Positions 59,501-61,509 of a stretch of DNA of 61,509 nt are shown here, in pieces. The stretch lies in the NCBI GenBank assembly GCA_036172245.1, contig JAYWIR010000150.1, positions 1 through 61,509 on the forward strand, read 5' to 3'. This stretch comes from Raillietiella orientalis (Eukaryota). Position numbers and translations under genes: made by a program. Below the pieces are notes generated by a model. That model saw only the letters and a list, made by a program, of their open reading frames with translations, did not search any database and was not told where the DNA came from. Position 1 is the stretch's first letter, and each line of letters starts with the position of its first letter.

Positions 59501-61272
59501 TCTCTTTCAGAGGTCAAATGGCGTACGGCGTGCCGGTACGGAGGGGCATACAGCAGGGCCACAGCCTCAGTCCCGTGCTCTTTAGCACCTACTTTAAGTT
59601 GGTGCTTAGAGCGTATAGGGTGACCTTGGCCCCCTTGCCGAGCTCGTGCCCCGGCACGCCCGCCGTAGCAGCGTACGCCGACGATCTTCTCCTCTTGTTG
59701 CCGATGTCCACCCCGGCAAAGGCAGTCGAGGATTTCTTCGACCTGCTTAACCGCGAAAGCGGACGGCAGGTTAACAAGGCGAAGTCGTCGGTGGTGCCAG
59801 TCGGTGCGACGTGGGATGGGCAGCAGGACTGGATCCGCTTGGGGATCCCCTCGGCGAGGTGCTTGAAGTATCTCGGTGTGCCGTTTGGAGATTACTTTCC
59901 TTCGGATGCATGGTCCGGCTGCCTCCAAAAAGTGGAAAAGGCGATCGGCCCGTTCTTGGAAGACAAGTTCCTGCTTTCGGAACGAACCGCAATGTGGAAC
60001 TCCTTTGCGGCTCCCATCTTCCGCCCCCTGCTTTTTGTTTGCCCCGTCCCCAGAGACATGAAGAAAAGGACGAAGGTCCTCCTGAGGATTGCCTTTTGGG
60101 GAAGAGGGAGGCCACGAGTCCAGTGAAAGCACTTGTGTGCTCCACGTCGGGATGGCGGTCTGGGCCTCTTGACGGTGGAGAGAGTAGAAATCCAGCTGCG
60201 ATGGCACACCCTGGCCATCGCAGCGAAGTTATGGAGCACCCCATGGTGCGTTCCGGCCCGACATTTTGCCAGCCGTGTATCCGGAACGGAGGGTCTCGCG
60301 TCTCATCTTCTGTGCCGCGGCTCGAAGATCAAGAGATGCGCACTCCTCCTGGGACGCATGGCAACCGTGGCAAAGGAAAACGGCTGGATAGAATGCAGCC
60401 CCGCCAACTCCTCCGCATGGCTGGAGGAGACAGCTGGCACGTGGGCAAAGATAAACCAGAAGAACGGAGAGATGTGGAACTGCCTGCGACGCAACGCCTA
60501 TTCCCGCTGCACTCTGCGGAAGATACTCCAGTGTCCCGCGAAAAGCACGTGGGCAGAGACAACCCCCCTAGTTACGGTGATGCCCTTTCTAAGGAGGGCG
60601 CTCTCCAGCAGCCGCAAGCCTAGGTGGCAAGTCTCCTGCCGCATCGCAGGCAAGGAGAAGTTGATCAGCGGCTGGTCCACGGGTGAACTGGCGGACGTTA
60701 GTACCCCTAGTGTACAGCCGAGAGGACTGCAGAGATGGGGCGTGCTACTCGGCATCCAGCCGGATGACCTGAAGTGGCCTCCGGTATTAATTGGATCTAG
60801 GATCCTCCCCCTGAAGTGGAAGGAGTCGGCGCTTCTGTTGTTGCATTGGGGTCTACCCTGCAACGCACGCCGCCACCACTGGACCAGGGGTCGAGTAGAT
60901 CCTACCTGCATCAAATGTGGGGAACGGGAAACTTTCCCCCACCTCCTTGTTGATAGTGCTGCCCTCCGACCTCTGTGGGAATCTCTTCGTGCCTCCCTAC
61001 GGATCCAGGAGGGCAGCCAGCCCAGAGACGTTTTTCGGCTTCTGTTCGTGCATGATGCCCTGGGTCAAGCCGCTACCCTGGCTGCACTTTGCTGCGTACG
61101 CGGGATTGTGACGTGCTGGAGCAACGTCAGAAGACCGAGCCACTACAGGGATGCCGTCGTACATGCAGTCCGCTACCTGCGGATTGTGACCAGATGGCCC
61201 CACCTGGGAATTATACGGAAGGACATCGAGGGCATCCTGCGAAGGATGGACCCTCCTCCCAGTGATCAGTAA
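56593..61272 (+). pseudogene. LINE ORF2, interrupted by insertion 56784-57861 and several stops/frameshifts
   Basis: CWNVNG, LQEIH, GDFN, SDH, KAPGEDG, DLHKAFD, YADD, KYLG, CIKCGERETFPHLL. Confidence 0.92.
56784..57861 (-). mobile_element. 5'-truncated (~1.08 kb) LINE insertion with a perfect 13-bp TSD
   Basis: ggggacggttgat at 56771-56783 and 57862-57874; encodes the ORF2 C-terminus (CKRCGEVETLPHLLLDC); terminal motif 56783-56812. Confidence 0.93.
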
Positions 61273-61456
61273 TCCCTTCCCAACCCTCCCAAATCTGTTT
61301 GTTTTTTATGTTTTATTTTTCTTTTTGTTTTTTCTCCCACCCCCTTCCGCTACCGAGGAGAGTCACGCCTGTCTGCATTGAGTTTGCCGTAGTGGGGCAT
61401 CGTACCACGAATCAAAGAGAAGTTTTAATAAACGCCCCGGCGTGACCGGGTGGCAA

Positions 61457-61509
61457 CTATCAGCTTTGCGTCCGTATTCACGATCGCGATGGGACGCCAG
61501 TTCTTTGAA
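61457..61509 (-). pseudogene. RT fragment (NWRPIAIVNTDAKLI) running off the window
   Basis: Reverse complement of 31404-31456. Confidence 0.85.

Larger units (their letters stand above)
54485..61456 (+). mobile_element. Full-length decayed lineage-A LINE inserted antisense into an RT gene, itself carrying a nested insertion
   Basis: Starts GCGGACGTGT at 54485; ORF1 54573-56593; ORF2 56593-61272; terminal motif 61427-61456; flanks ctattaacttggcgt (54470-54484) and ctatcagctttgcgt (61457-61471). Confidence 0.92.

Noticed and set aside
2924..61456. CRISPR-like array from the recurring palindromic ~28-mers
   Set aside because: Copies are kb apart, on both strands, and each marks a LINE 3' end; no spacers or cas genes.

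Overview
Essentially the whole 61.5-kb window is a eukaryotic nest of GC-rich non-LTR retrotransposons of L1/Tx1 architecture: ORF1 with CCHC zinc knuckles, and ORF2 with APE endonuclease, YADD-type RT and a C-terminal CCHC finger. I found no host gene, RNA gene or other TE class. There are about 20 full or partial copies from two lineages: several diverged subfamilies of 'lineage A' and a head-to-tail pair of 'lineage B' at 13039-24300. Nearly all are disabled by stops or frameshifts. Unusual features visible in the sequence: (1) no element ends in poly(A); lineage A ends in AATAAACG-H-CCCGG-N5/6-CCGGGTG-RN-A(A), and lineage B in AATAAA plus a different GC hairpin plus AAA; (2) all seven independent 3' junctions are antisense insertions into another LINE, several with 13-15 bp target duplications; (3) some target duplications differ mainly at synonymous positions and homologous sites are reused, which hints at LINE-into-LINE target preference; (4) a 3'-UTR hairpin with a CTGCGT loop shows compensatory changes; (5) there is a conserved 5'-terminal GAGCGGACGTGT motif; (6) one subfamily has ACA instead of ATG at the ORF1/ORF2 stop-start overlap; (7) two multi-kb inverted duplications and one direct duplication have repair-type junctions. 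The organism cannot be determined from the sequence. Boundaries were read by eye and may be off by a few bases.
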